NCBI GenBank assembly: GCA_051313645.2
Contig: JBNRSN020000009.1
Span: 97,464,001 to 97,528,000 of the forward strand
Reading direction: 5' to 3'
Length of the DNA stretch: 64,000 bases
Origin: Centroscyllium fabricii
Lineage: Eukaryota
Below, one piece after another: positions 1 through 11,415 of the stretch. Made by a program: the position numbers and the translations under genes. Each line of letters opens with the position of its first letter. Position 1 is the first letter of the stretch. The notes under the pieces were generated by a model. The model was given only the letters and a program-made list of their open reading frames with translations, was not told the origin of the DNA and made no database searches.

Positions 1-1975
1 TCGATAGTGAGCGCTGGCAGATTATTTGCTTGTGGAAGGCAACAGAAGCATGCTAGCCAAGCCTAATCTTAGCCTTATTCAACATTGACACATGCACACT
101 TTCCAGCTTAGTGATCTGCAGTTGGAACCCTGATTTCTCCCTTCATTGGCCAAATTTTCAAGGTGTAATTTTAGCAGCCAAATTGTTGTTCTGGATGAAT
201 TTAGATCACTCAGCACAGACTGAGAATTTGTTTCTCAATTTATTCCATAAGTGAGTCTATTATAAAAGTAACTTGTTATTTTCTACCTTTCCATTCATTC
301 GGCTAACAGTACAACGGACAACAGAAAGGCAACCTATTCCCATGTGTGTGCGCTGATGCACACGTGTACCCAGGTGTTGTCACTAGGTTTATTTAGTGTG
401 TTGGTATCAATGTGCTGTATGAAAAATTACACTTATGCCCCTATGATTTAGTGTATACCACCAGTGCAGGCCTGTAACCACCATCCTGGTGTCATTTAGC
501 TCAACATGCTCACTCCAGGTTTGAAAGGACTACAGTTGCTGGATTCTTCTCACAGGCCAAGTGAACTTGGTCTAAAAATTTCACACACCCAACATTATGC
601 TTTAGTGAAATCCTGGTGACAACACTGACCCAGGATAGTGTCCCCACTATCTTTTCTTCACTCCCTGTGGGAAAGTGACTGGCCTCTATTCAATGTCATC
701 CATTGGAGATTACAGGCACATTCTGATAAGCCTCTATTTAGAACAGCAATATGCTGATCGACTGCAACAGCTCCTGTAAAATAGTAGTTTTTTTTAAGAA
801 GCTCGCAAAAAATTAAATTCACATCAATTAACTGTTTTTCCAATACTTTGAAAATGTGCTTGCTGACCCAGACTATGTGGCCACTCTTCCTATCTATGTT
901 AAAGCTGCGCATTTTGGAAAAAAAACACCAGCCCCTCTTACTTTTCTGTATGGCAAAGGACAAGTCTATAGCTGTATATGAACAGCTGGGAAACTCACAG
1001 CACACACCAGCGGCCTTGATGAGCCCAATCTCACATGTTTCATTTGCCCACAATTGAGTGACAAAATAAATTATAAGCAAAAAACCCTTTCATGCCCCTT
1101 TCCACCAAATGAAACTATTCGGCAACACAACCAGGGCGGGAACAAAAACTCGGCACACTGTGCCACTGCACAAATGAGCAAAGCTCAAATGATATTGTGC
1201 ATAACACATGCACTCAAAAAATGTAAATATTGCCCCATGACTAGTTTGCTACATTTCTACTGACTGCAACACATTTAAATTCTAGAACAGCTGCCAACTG
1301 GAAATAAGTTAGTAGAAAATAGTTCAGTGAAGATTTCTACTTAACCCCAATGCAACCCAGAAAAACCCATGCTGTAAAATCTCTAGAAATGGGTAGACAA
1401 GGTCACGAGGTCAAAGCAGGCATTAATAGGTCATTGTGCAACCCACTTGGGAACAATTACTCCTAGTCATGGCTAAGTGGACACTTGATTGAACACAACC
1501 AAGTCTGCTCACATCCCACAGATAACAATCATTCCAGCGATTAAGAATTAAAGCCCACTAATTCTACATTTATTACAAAAGGAATCAAACTATTCAAGAA
1601 ACCACTAAGATATTTTTATTACAAGGCATAAATGAAAGTCCACGCCATTAAACTACACCATATCATTTTATCCAAGTTAATTTCCATGCAAATATTTACT
1701 CAAGTTTTAAGACACTTAAACTACACAATTCCAGTTTTACTTCTTCAATAAAAAATTAGCAAAACTGACTCAATAAAAGTTGGCACATTACAAAAGAACT
1801 AAGTTCCTATAACATTTGTCATTAGCGCAATGTATAAAATGATAAAAGAAACTTTTTTCATATTACATCTTTGAACCCGATAGGAATCGGGTTTTTTACT
1901 AGTCTACCAAAAACACAGCACTGACAAGCAGCAAATACTGAAGTAATGTTTATCGCAATCAAAACCCCTACATAC

Positions 1976-2130
1976 TAATAATAGCTTAATTTTCAATCAA
2001 ACTTTTTGTAAAGGTCTCCTTGGCTGTCTATGGACCACTCTAGGCATAATGTCAGGCAGCACTTTCTTTTACGTATTATTGTTGGCTGAACAACACTATT
2101 TGCAGTTCGGAATGATTGTTAATGCACAAC
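1976..2130 (-). other. Possible untranslated exon of the minus-strand host gene
   Basis: Minus strand shows acceptor tatatctatttttAG|gttgtg and a weak donor tta|GTATGT, in repeat-free sequence; no long ORF. Confidence 0.2.
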
Positions 2131-3308
2131 CTAAAAATAGATATAAACAGTGAAAATAATTCTAACACCACTGTAGGCTTTTTCTTAAACCTATTTTGCC
2201 TTGGCTACCAGCATCATTTCTTTCCTGTTCTAATCGCCATTTTGGTGACTTGAAGAATCCCCCTTTAAACAGGGAATACCACCACCTTTGGGGAGTTTAT
2301 AGCACAGCTGGTACAATAACAGTGGTCTTTTCTGTAACTATTCGATTTACTTTAAATCTTAAACCAGGAAATGGAAGAATAGAAAACAAGCTCTGCGGGA
2401 GAGCACTGCAATTCTTTGACTCATAAACCAGGTGTGCCCAGAATGAACTTTGGGAGGAGGGACTGGAGTGAGCATCAGTCGGGTGGGGGGTGAAGTCGGA
2501 GGGAGCGCTCCTTCCCTTCCTGCCTCCACATAAACTATTTTTTTAATTTAACGTTTAGTTGGCAGCCACAGGAGTCACTGATAAATCCTGTCGTCTGCCC
2601 CGCTCATTGGTAACAAATTTTGTAGAGGGGTCATTCAGCAGGTGTTAAGGCCCCTAAGTAACATATTCAATGGGCCTAATGTCTGTTTTAGGTGCTACCT
2701 GGGGCACGCCAGGGAATATGACTGATCTTGGAATTCAACTGAAACGTCATGTGCCATGCCACATAGTAAACACCGTTTTATGCAGCTGTCTTTTAAATAA
2801 TTAAGCAGCTATCAAAAAAAAATTAAACGACAGAGGCAACAAATATATTTGAATTTTTATAACCACATGACTGAATGAGCCAAAGACCAGCCTTCCCCAA
2901 TTTTTGCAGAACAAAACCTGGACTCTCAAACAGCATAGCCAAGAATTGATAAGTTGTGTTAAGACTACATGGTGTCAACTGAATGTGAAATAGGTTTCTC
3001 CTAGAAGACACCAGCTAACACTGATAAAAACATTCTCAGGACATTGAGTTAAGCCAAGTAGCTCGAGCAGTTGAGTGCTAAGACTGCCATCCAAAGTGCC
3101 TGGAATTTAATTACAGCTTTGGCTGACATCTGATCTGGCCTATCCTTACTCTATATAGAAGTTTTATTAATTCTTGTCTGAGCTGGCAGAAAGAACACTT
3201 TGCAGTAACTGAGCATACCAGTATAAAGAGAAGTGGGCAAGCCTCAGCCGACAGGAGTCCACCTCCTGCAGGTTGCTCGAGGAGATGGTAGCAGCATGTT
3301 TGGCGGTA

Positions 3309-3628
3309 CAGGTGGAGCATTGGTAATCCGGCGCCCTCGGGACCAGGCCGGTACCGCACCACTGAAAATTACGAAGCACTGAAGGTTCAGGGGGAGCACG
3401 CAGGTAGAACACTCCCCGGGGTCCGGAGCGCGCGGGTAGAACACTACCCGGGAGGGAGCCCGGGGATAGAACACTCACAAGCCCTAAAAAACCAGAAACC
3501 CAAACGCCCGATGCCTTCGGCGCTCGCTCACCCTTCACGGGGAAACGACACCGCCGCCAAGCGCCGGCTCGTGCCGGGCCACTGAAGGTGCCAGACCATC
3601 GGGTGCCAGATTACCGGTGCTCAACCTG
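3309..3628. mobile_element. Tc1/mariner (pogo/Tigger-like) MITE, family A copy 1
   Basis: TIRs caggt(t/g)gagca..ggtaatccggc / gccagattaccggtgctcaacctg; TA on both flanks; near-identical copies at 35387-35705 and 42593-42917. Confidence 0.9.
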
Positions 3629-3864
3629 TAGTGGAAAGGAAAATTAATGCCTTCCAATCAGCCAATTGAATCGTTGGAATCTAATGTGAATTAACGGTTA
3701 CCATATCTCATAGTATTATGGTAGCCAGAGATTTAAGTTACAATCTTTAGTGTGCCAAAGCCTTGCAGCACCCTGAGCATTGTTTTAGCCAGTTTATGCA
3801 ATGCTGCAAATAATTGTTTCACATCCTAAGTGTCAATGGGTCAATTTAATTTGTCTTTTACATT

Positions 3865-4175
3865 TCTTTCCCAATTTTATCTCATCCTCTCCAATGGATG
3901 CTGTCGCAGGCTGGATTCGGTCTCAACCATGAGTCCATTCTTCATGTGAGAGGCTGCACAGTGTCAGCAGGCTATTCAACCATGAAGCATATCATCGTCA
4001 AGCCCACACAATAGCCACATATACATACACATATTTCCAGCAGGGGCCACCAGACAGTGGCTAGGAATGGGAATCCTGGCTTCACTAACCCAGGGAGATT
4101 GTGGTCATCTGTAGCAACCATTACAGCCTCCAACTGAGATCAGCTCATAAAGGGCTGAAATTTTGGTATTGTGGT
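3865..4175 (-). mobile_element. Old tRNA-type SINE-like repeat (family X), degraded
   Basis: Reverse complement resembles the copies at 17005, 29630 and 43480 (gctgatctcag, gaatagcctgctgacact, cacatgaagaatgg). Confidence 0.6.
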
Positions 4176-4344
4176 CTATATGCCTTTAAATGAATTGCTG
4201 GTGTCACTTCATGCCACCATGCTGGAATTTCATTTGGGAGGAAATTACTTCACACAGTACATTGCAAATTCAGATGCTATCTCCTTCTGGGATGGAAAGA
4301 TCATGGCAAACATTCTTTTTAAACATAAGTCATTAAGGAACTTC

Positions 4345-4540
4345 GAAATAACAACAGAAAACGCTGGAGAAACTCAGCAGGTCAGGCAGCATCGATGGAG
4401 AGAGAAACAGAGTTAACGTTTCAGGTCAAAGACCTTTCGTCAGAACTGGAAAAAACAGGAGAGGGGATCAATTTTAAAACAAGTGGGGGCTGGGGAAAGG
4501 GGGAGGGGGTGGAAGAACAAAAGGGAAGATCAGCGACAGG
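4345..4540 (-). mobile_element. Penelope-like element terminal (pLTR) fragment, family P1
   Basis: gaaataacaacagaaaacgctggagaaactcagcaggtcaggcagcatc shared with 31981-32209 and 49959-50079; carries a hammerhead motif. Confidence 0.8.
4411..4447 (-). ncRNA. Minimal type I hammerhead ribozyme (Penelope-associated)
   Basis: Minus strand reads agtt-CTGACGA-aaggtc ttt gacct-GAAA-cgtt-aact: core boxes, stem I, stem II and palindromic AACGTT at stem III. Confidence 0.75.
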
Positions 4541-5599
4541 ATCGATTAGGCTATCTATAAGGAACTTTATAGTCAGTCAAGGTATAAGTTAAGCAAATTT
4601 ACTTTGATTTTAAAATATATTTTATTATATATTTGCTGCAGACCAGAGCACAGTAGTCATGCCAAATATACTAGCTAAAAATAAATGCAATCCAATGTCA
4701 ATGGCACTACTACTTAACTCCGCCCCTCTCTGGTGGCAAGTTATAAAATAAATGTGCCATGGCCAATGGGAGAGGGGGGAACACAAGGTACAACATAGTA
4801 AACCCTGAGATCCGCAACACAGCACAATGTATTTGCAAAGACATATGCTTAAACAAAATTAGAATACCATCCTGATTTCCAATTACAAGTGGCTAGTGTA
4901 GCATAATAGCCCACTGGGTATTTTTACTCTGTACCCGATGGAAATTAAAATATTTTTTCACCACGTAGCTCCATTGTATCACTAATGTTGTCCATTAAAG
5001 ATTACATTTACATTCTGATAAATCTCTCTCAGTTTTGCCCATGAAAATGTTCGCCTTAAAATTGGAAAATAAATTTTGGAAATAGTTTTGATTTAATTTT
5101 TTAAAAGTTTTTCTCAATGGTTCACTCCTCTCCTAAAGGCATTGGCTCTTGTTAGTTCATGAGTGCGTAGACGCCGACAGCTCTTTGATTTACAGCAAAT
5201 GGAAACCAAAGGCTAGACAGTTAGGAGCTTAAAGTGCAGGTGTAAACGGCATGGGTGAGAGTTTTTTTCTGGGGACTGAAGCTGTAGCAAGTGGGGTTGG
5301 AAGGGAATAGGGGGATATGGGTGACAAGGGATACAACAAAATGGTTTGAGATGGTCTTGTCTGTGATCAAGACAGTGGGAGTAGAGCGGCCACATGAGAT
5401 GGCAAGGTCGAAGGGGTGGGTATGAAGATGAGTAGAAGAGTTTACATGGAGGGAGAGGTTAGGGGAGGACAGAAAGGAAGTGAATTTAGAGGAGAGGCCA
5501 AAGGAGCAAAGATGGAGATTGAAACCATCGCAGAGGAGGAGTCATTCAGTATAGAGGCTAAGGGAGGGAAGGAGAGAGGAGAGCTCAGGGAGAAACTCA

Positions 5600-6674
5600 G
5601 GGGGGGGGATTTTCATGTCCCCGTGAGGCGGGATTTTGGGCAGCTGGGAGGTGAAAATAGAAAAATTTGGGCCCCGCCAGCCCGCCGGTTTTGCATTTTA
5701 GGACGGCCACTTTCCCCGCCCCGAATCCTTCCCACCGGCAGTGATGGTTGTTGAGGTTGTTAAGGGCCCTTAATTGGCATCTGTCCTGCCATTTTAAGGG
5801 CCCGTAGCCATTTTTAGCCGTTTCCCACCCATTTTCCGTCACCTTAAACCCCGCTGGGTGAAACCCAGCGGGAGCACAGCGCTGTTCATTACTTTCTCCT
5901 TCAAGGTCCTGAGGACATGCTGCAAACTGCTTGGCATGCCTCCAGCACCTTAGAGGATTAATTAATCCGTGGTGAGTGCACCAGCTGTGGGCAAAAAATG
6001 AGAAATCTCAGCTTTGCACATTTCTTCACAGCCGGTGCTGAGCTGTCAAGGATTCGGAGCCTGCCCGCCCACCTGTCAGTCACCAGCACTTGACCGTTCC
6101 CATTGGTTCCACTCGACTGTGATGTCACAGTGGAGTGTTTCCATGGGAGCTGTCAACAACCAGTGCTGGAACTGTCAATCAAGCTGCTCGATTGTATAGT
6201 TGTTAGCACTATTGCCTCACAGCGCTAGGGGCCTGGGTTCAAATCCGGCCTCGGGTGACTATCTGTGTGGAGTTTGCACATTCTCCCAGTGTCTGCATGG
6301 GTTTCCTCCGGGTGCGCCGGTTTCCTCCCACAGTCCAAAGATGTGCGGGTTAGGTTGATTGGCCATGATAAATTGACCCTTAGTGTTAGGGGGATTAAAT
6401 AAGTGGGGTTACGGGGATAGGATGGGATGTGTGTCGGTGCAGGCTCGATGGGCCGAAATGGCCTCTATCTGCACTGTAGGGATTCTATGATTCTATGATC
6501 CCCGCTGGAGCCCCGACTCGATTGATTCAATTACCACCCACTGCCGCAGGCGGGGATTTAATAACTCAATTAAATGAAAATTGCGTGGGGTTCCCAGGTC
6601 TTTGGCCAGGCGGGACAGGAACCTGCCCCGACCAATCCCCGCCAGGTTCCCGCACTTCCGGCAAAATTCCCCCC
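5600..6674. mobile_element. PIF/Harbinger-type non-autonomous element (MITE) inserted in L2
   Basis: TIR ggggggatttt / aaaattcccccc; 3-bp TSD TCA (5597-5599, 6675-6677); internal TGACAG/CTGTCA repeats. Confidence 0.75.
6196..6498 (+). mobile_element. HE1 V-SINE (short-tail variant)
   Basis: tRNA head with B box (gggttcaaatcc), V-domain tgtgtggagtttgcacattctccc, CR1-type tail ending gattctatgattctatga. Confidence 0.92.
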
Positions 6675-7329
6675 TCAGGGTGGGGCATGGGGGGGGATTG
6701 CAAAAAATTAAGATTTTAAAGGAGAGGTGAGAGGGATAGAATGCAGTGAGGTACCTGAAGGAGGAGTAGGTGCTGCGGGGGGGGGGGGGGGGGGGGGGTA
6801 GGAGGAGAGACCAAGGTGTGACTTAGTGATTAGGACCACACCACCACTGCGGTAGTTTGGGTGGGGCAGGTGGTGGAAAGTATAGCAATGTAATGAGGCT
6901 TCAGTAAGGAACAAAGTGTTGGCACCCGTGAGCTAAGTTTCAGTTAAAGCCAGGATGCCGATGCAATCATCCACAATTCGGTTGTGGATGGCAAGGGTAT
7001 TATGGAGAGTAAACGGACATTCTGGAGAAAAATGTGGAGCAGAGTGGGGATTGCTCCACTGACAGGGTCTAAGGGTGTAGTGGTGGGTGGGGTGCAAACG
7101 AGGTTGGCAAAGTTTGCCCCAAACAGCCACATTGGGCAGGAAATTGCCAATGCAGGAGGATGGAGCAATTAGGCTCGCTACTCAGAAGAAGCCACGAAGG
7201 ATTTCTTGATGGTCAGCTCAGGGAATCCTAAGAAAGGCACAGTGGGTAACTGTGGGCTTATTCAAGGAGAATTCAAGTCTGGGGTGGCAGCTGAAGAGTA
7301 GGAAAGCAGTAGATAGTGAGGAGTTATAG

Positions 7330-8721
7330 TCAATTCAATTCAAGTATTATTGTCATTGCAGAGTACGAGTACAATACAACAAAATGAAGACTCGCCGCTC
7401 CCGAGAGTAGTGCAAATAATTTACATACAATTACAACTAGGGGGATCAAGGGATAGGGCGAGAAAGCAGGAATGGGGTACTGATGTAGCATGTTCAGCCA
7501 TGAACGTGTTGAATGGCGGTGCAGACTCGAAGGGCCGAATGGTCTACTCCAGCACCTATTTTCTATGTATCTATGTATACAGTAAAGTACATTTTCAGGT
7601 GTGCAGGTACCGAAGTTTTTTGTTAGAGTTCAGGAGGCTGACAGCCCTGGGGAAGAAGCTGTTCTTGAATCTAGTTGTGCGGGTGCGAATTGATCTGTAG
7701 CGACTCCCAGAGGGCAGGGGGACGAACAGACTATGGCTGGGGTGTGTGGGGTCTTTAATAATGTGCAGAGACCTCCGTAGGCAGCGTTTGAGGTAGATGC
7801 TTTCAATTGACGGTAGCTGTGTGCCAGTGATTCGTTGGGCAGTTTTGACTACCCGCTGCAGGGCCTTCCGGTCCGAGATAGTGCAATTTCCATACCAGAC
7901 TGTGATGCAGCTTGTCAGTATGCTTTCGATTGTGCAGCGGTAGAAGTTGAGAGGATGCCGGATGACAGCTTGGCTTTTTTCAGCTTCCTTAGGAAGTACA
8001 GGCGCTGTTGGGCCTTCTTAATCCGAGAGGAGGTGTTTAGTGACCAGGAGAGGACGTCCGAGATGTGGACCCCGAGGAACTTGAAGCTGGACACCCTTTC
8101 CACCTCAGCCCCTTGGATGAAGATGGGGGTGTGTCTTCTGCTTTCAGTCCTCCGGAAGTCCACTATGATCTCCTTAGTTTTCTTGGTGTTCAGGGCGGTT
8201 GTCGTTCAGGCACGTCACGGCCGTTTTCTTGGGCACAGGGATGATGGTGGCGGTCTTGAAGCAGGTAGGGACAGCTGCCTTAGCCAGTATCAGGTTGAAG
8301 ATGTCAGTGAAGACCTCAGCCAGTTGGTCGGCATATTCTTTGAGTGCCCAGCCGGGGATGCCGTCAGGACCCGCGGCCTTCCGTGCATTCACTCCACGGA
8401 GAGCACCTCTTACGTCGGAGGAGGACAGTGTTAGTGGCTGGTCTTCCAGAGATTGCAGGACTTTGGTGGCTGGCTCCCTGTTGTCCCTGTCAAAGCGAGC
8501 GTAGAAGTTGTTCAGTTCCTCTGGTAGGGAGGCATCGCTGGTCGGGGGACTGGTGTTTTTGCACTTGTAGTCCGTGATGGACTGTATGCCTTGCCACATA
8601 TGCCGAGGGTCCGAGTTGTTGTGGAAGTGTTCCTCTACCTTCAGTGTCTGATTTCGTTTGGCAGACCTGATACCCCTCTTTAGGTTGGCCCTGGCTGTGC
8701 TGTAAGCCGCCACATCCCCAG
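7330..8721 (-). mobile_element. Rex1/Babar LINE, 5'-truncated with internal deletion
   Basis: ORF pieces KAAGPDGIPG, CFKTATIIPVPKK and KKAQQRLYFLRKLKK; (TTGAA)n tail; collinear with 27422-29497. Confidence 0.9.
7433..7576 (+). mobile_element. CR1 3' tail nested in the Rex1 3'UTR
   Basis: Closely matches the reverse complement of 13384-13525; ends in ctatgtatctatg. Confidence 0.85.
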
Positions 8722-9277
8722 TGGAGATTGGAGTAGCAAAGCATCCAAGAGGGGAGAAATGAAAGGTCGCATGACTGGAAGGGGAGGAGACAGGAAAGAG
8801 GGGTCAAGAGAAATAAGGAGATAGTAGGAATGGGGTATGGTTCAGAACAGCATCCAAAATGCACTTGCAAATGGACAAGCAGTGCTCTATGCATTTCATT
8901 TAAACCAGATATACTTTGTAGAAATATATTACACTACTAATAACTCTCCCATGGTGTTGCAGTGAGTCAGAGGTTACACTGTTTAATTACAATAGGAATG
9001 TTTTTGCCATGGCGGGGATAACGTTAGATTTACAGTGACTAAGTATATCAAATTCCATTTTTATTACATGGTATTGCAGGATTTTTATTGGTGGCTTGGC
9101 GATCAAATTTTATGGCTCTGTCCATTATTCTGTGAAAACCATAAATGAGTGGCTTTTATTTCACACATTTATTCCTTCAACAATTATATTCTAATTTTTA
9201 TCCCTTACCAGTTTTAAAATTAAGAATACACGACAAGTTGGTATGCAGGGTGTACCAGTTGGAGTTAGATAACTGGT

Positions 9278-9510
9278 ATTTAGCAGTACTGGGTAAGGAG
9301 AGTTAACTGCACTGGAGCAGTCCTGTACTTTGGTAGCACTGGGGGATACTCTTGGACTTTTGGCAGAAATGACTAGGGGCCCTAGAATTTATCAGCACTG
9401 CAGTAGGGCTGCTGGAATTTGGCAGTATAGGGGGATCCTTTGAATTGGTATCACTATGGAGGGGAACCTCGGATTTGCCAGAACTGGAGTGTGGAATCCG
9501 GGGGTTGGCT
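9278..9510. repeat. Degenerate ~28-30 bp tandem repeat
   Basis: About 7 recurrences of ttt(g)gcagcact...gggg...gga-like units. Confidence 0.5.
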
Positions 9511-9672
9511 CATTGGTGGATTCCTGGTGTCTGTCAGCAGGGTGGTGGAGGGAAGGGCATTGGCCTGACAGCCTGACGCCCCGGGTGGTGCTGATGATGT
9601 CCCAATCTGGCAGTAATTTTAAAATGTTTAATTTTTTTTAAAAACAATCAAATAGATTTTGTCAAAGACCAA

Positions 9673-10414
9673 GGGCTGGATTTTCATTGAGGAGGCAGGA
9701 CTACAACTTTCGGGCTCAGCAGGCCAATTAAGGGCCGCCCGGCAACAGGTGACGTCACAGACAGACATTTCATCTGTCAAGAGCTTTTGACAGATGAAAT
9801 ATCAGCGTTTCACAGCTGTTTGAAGTTGTCAAACACTGACAATCTGTATTCTAAGTTAATTCCTTCCTCTCAGGCTGATTTAGAGATCTCTCCGGAACAG
9901 AAAGCTGAAGGCTGCAGATTTTGACAGCTCGCAGCCATTCTGCTTTCTGTGTCGGGGAGATGAGGGGCTCCCGAGACCTGAAGGAAGGAAGCAAGGCTGT
10001 AAAGGTAAGTACGTGTAAGTAAAACTTCTTTAAACACTTTATACACACCAAACACACTTACCTCTGCACTCATGCACCCATCACTCACCTGAACACCGGA
10101 CATCTCGACCCCTCCAAGCCCCAACAGCCGGACGGCCCGCCTCGCTAACTTGGCGTGGTTTAGAGCCGTCATGGATCCCACACTTCACCAATAAAAATAG
10201 GGATTAGAGTAAAAACTGCCTGTTAACTACCTGTTAACAGGCAGTTAATTGGCACTAATCCCCTTCCCGCCTCAGGGAGGCGGCTCCCAGGTCAGGTACC
10301 CGCCTCCTTTGAAACCGGCATGGAGGCGGGTTGGGTTTGTGCCCCCCCGATTTCAAGATTTTAACCCCCACATGCCTCCAATCCCACCTCCACAGCCCAA
10401 TGAAAATCCTGCCC
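9673..10414. mobile_element. PIF/Harbinger-type MITE, family B
   Basis: TIR gggctggatttt / aaaatcctgccc; TSD CAA; internally related to 15499-16293. Confidence 0.85.
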
Positions 10415-10557
10415 CAAGAGTGAAGCACTCCATCATTGGGTCAGTTAAAGGTTATTGACAGATCCTGGGAAATTGTGTATACTGTACATGCTCAAATGCA
10501 GAATCTGTCTTCAACAGTCACCCCTCTGGGTGGGGGAGGGTGTGGTAAGGGCCAGGC

Positions 10558-11415
10558 TTTTTTTAAATTAATTCACGGAATGTGGACATCACTGACAAGG
10601 CCAGCATTTATTGCCCATCCCTAATTGCCCTTGAGAAGGTGGTGGTGAGTCGCCTCATTGAACTGCTGCAGTCCGTCTGGTGAAGGTACTCCCACAGTGC
10701 CGTTAGGTAGAGAGTTCCAGGATTTTGACCCAGCGACGATGAAGGAACGGCGATATATTTCTAAGTCAGGATGGTGTGTGACTTGGAGGGGAACTTGAGG
10801 TGGTGGTGTTCCTATGCGCCTGCTGCCCTTGCCTTTCTAGGCAGCAGAGGTCACGGGTTTGGGAGGTGCTGTCAAAGAATCCTGGGCAAGTTACTGCAGT
10901 GCATCTTGTAGATGGTACACTCTGCATCCACAATGCGCCAGTGGTGGAGGGAGCAAATGTTTAAGATGGCGGATGAGGTGCAAATCAAGTGGTTTGCTTT
11001 GTCCTGGATGGTGTTGAGCTTCTTGGGTGTTGTTGGAGCTGCACTCATCCAGGCAAGTGGAGAGTATTCCATCACACTCCTTACTTGTGCCTTGTAGATG
11101 GTGGAAAGGCTTTGGTGAGTCAGGAGGTGAGACACTCGCCACAGAATAACCAGCCTCTGACCTGCTCTTGTAGCCACAGTATTTATGTGGTTGGTCCTGT
11201 TAAGTTTCTGGTCAATGGTGACCCCCAGGATGTTGATGGTGGAGGATCCAATGATGGTAATGCCATTGAATGTCAAGGGGAGGTGGTTCGATTTTCTCTT
11301 GTTGGAGAAGGTCATTGCCTGGTACTTGTGTGGCGTGAATGTTATTTGCCACTTAATCAGCCCATGCCTGGATGTTGTCCAGGTCTTGCTGCATGCGGAC
11401 ACGGACTGCTTCATT
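10558..11415 (-). mobile_element. CR1-clade LINE 3' fragment (lineage distinct from HER1)
   Basis: ORF2 C-terminus WQITFTPHK...TIYKAQVRSVMEYSPLAW followed by 3'UTR and an A-rich end. Confidence 0.85.

Larger units (their letters stand above)
5190..8850 (-). mobile_element. Decayed L2 LINE (endonuclease region), split by later insertions (L2 pieces ~5190-5599, 6678-7329, possibly 8722-8850)
   Basis: Translated fragments LHIFLQNVRLL, IVDDCIGILALTET and YTFHHLPHPNYRSGGVVLITKSHL resemble the L2 APE endonuclease; many frameshifts. Confidence 0.7.

Noticed and set aside
1874-1897. Hairpin aacccgat-agga-atcgggtt followed by a T run, resembling a bacterial intrinsic terminator
   Set aside because: Vertebrate intron-like context; an 8-bp stem is expected by chance
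6777-6798. G22 homopolymer giving a poly-proline ORF
   Set aside because: Simple expansion inside a decayed L2; not a gene
9278-9510. Periodic ~30-bp units as a possible CRISPR array
   Set aside because: No conserved repeat with unique spacers, no cas genes, eukaryotic DNA
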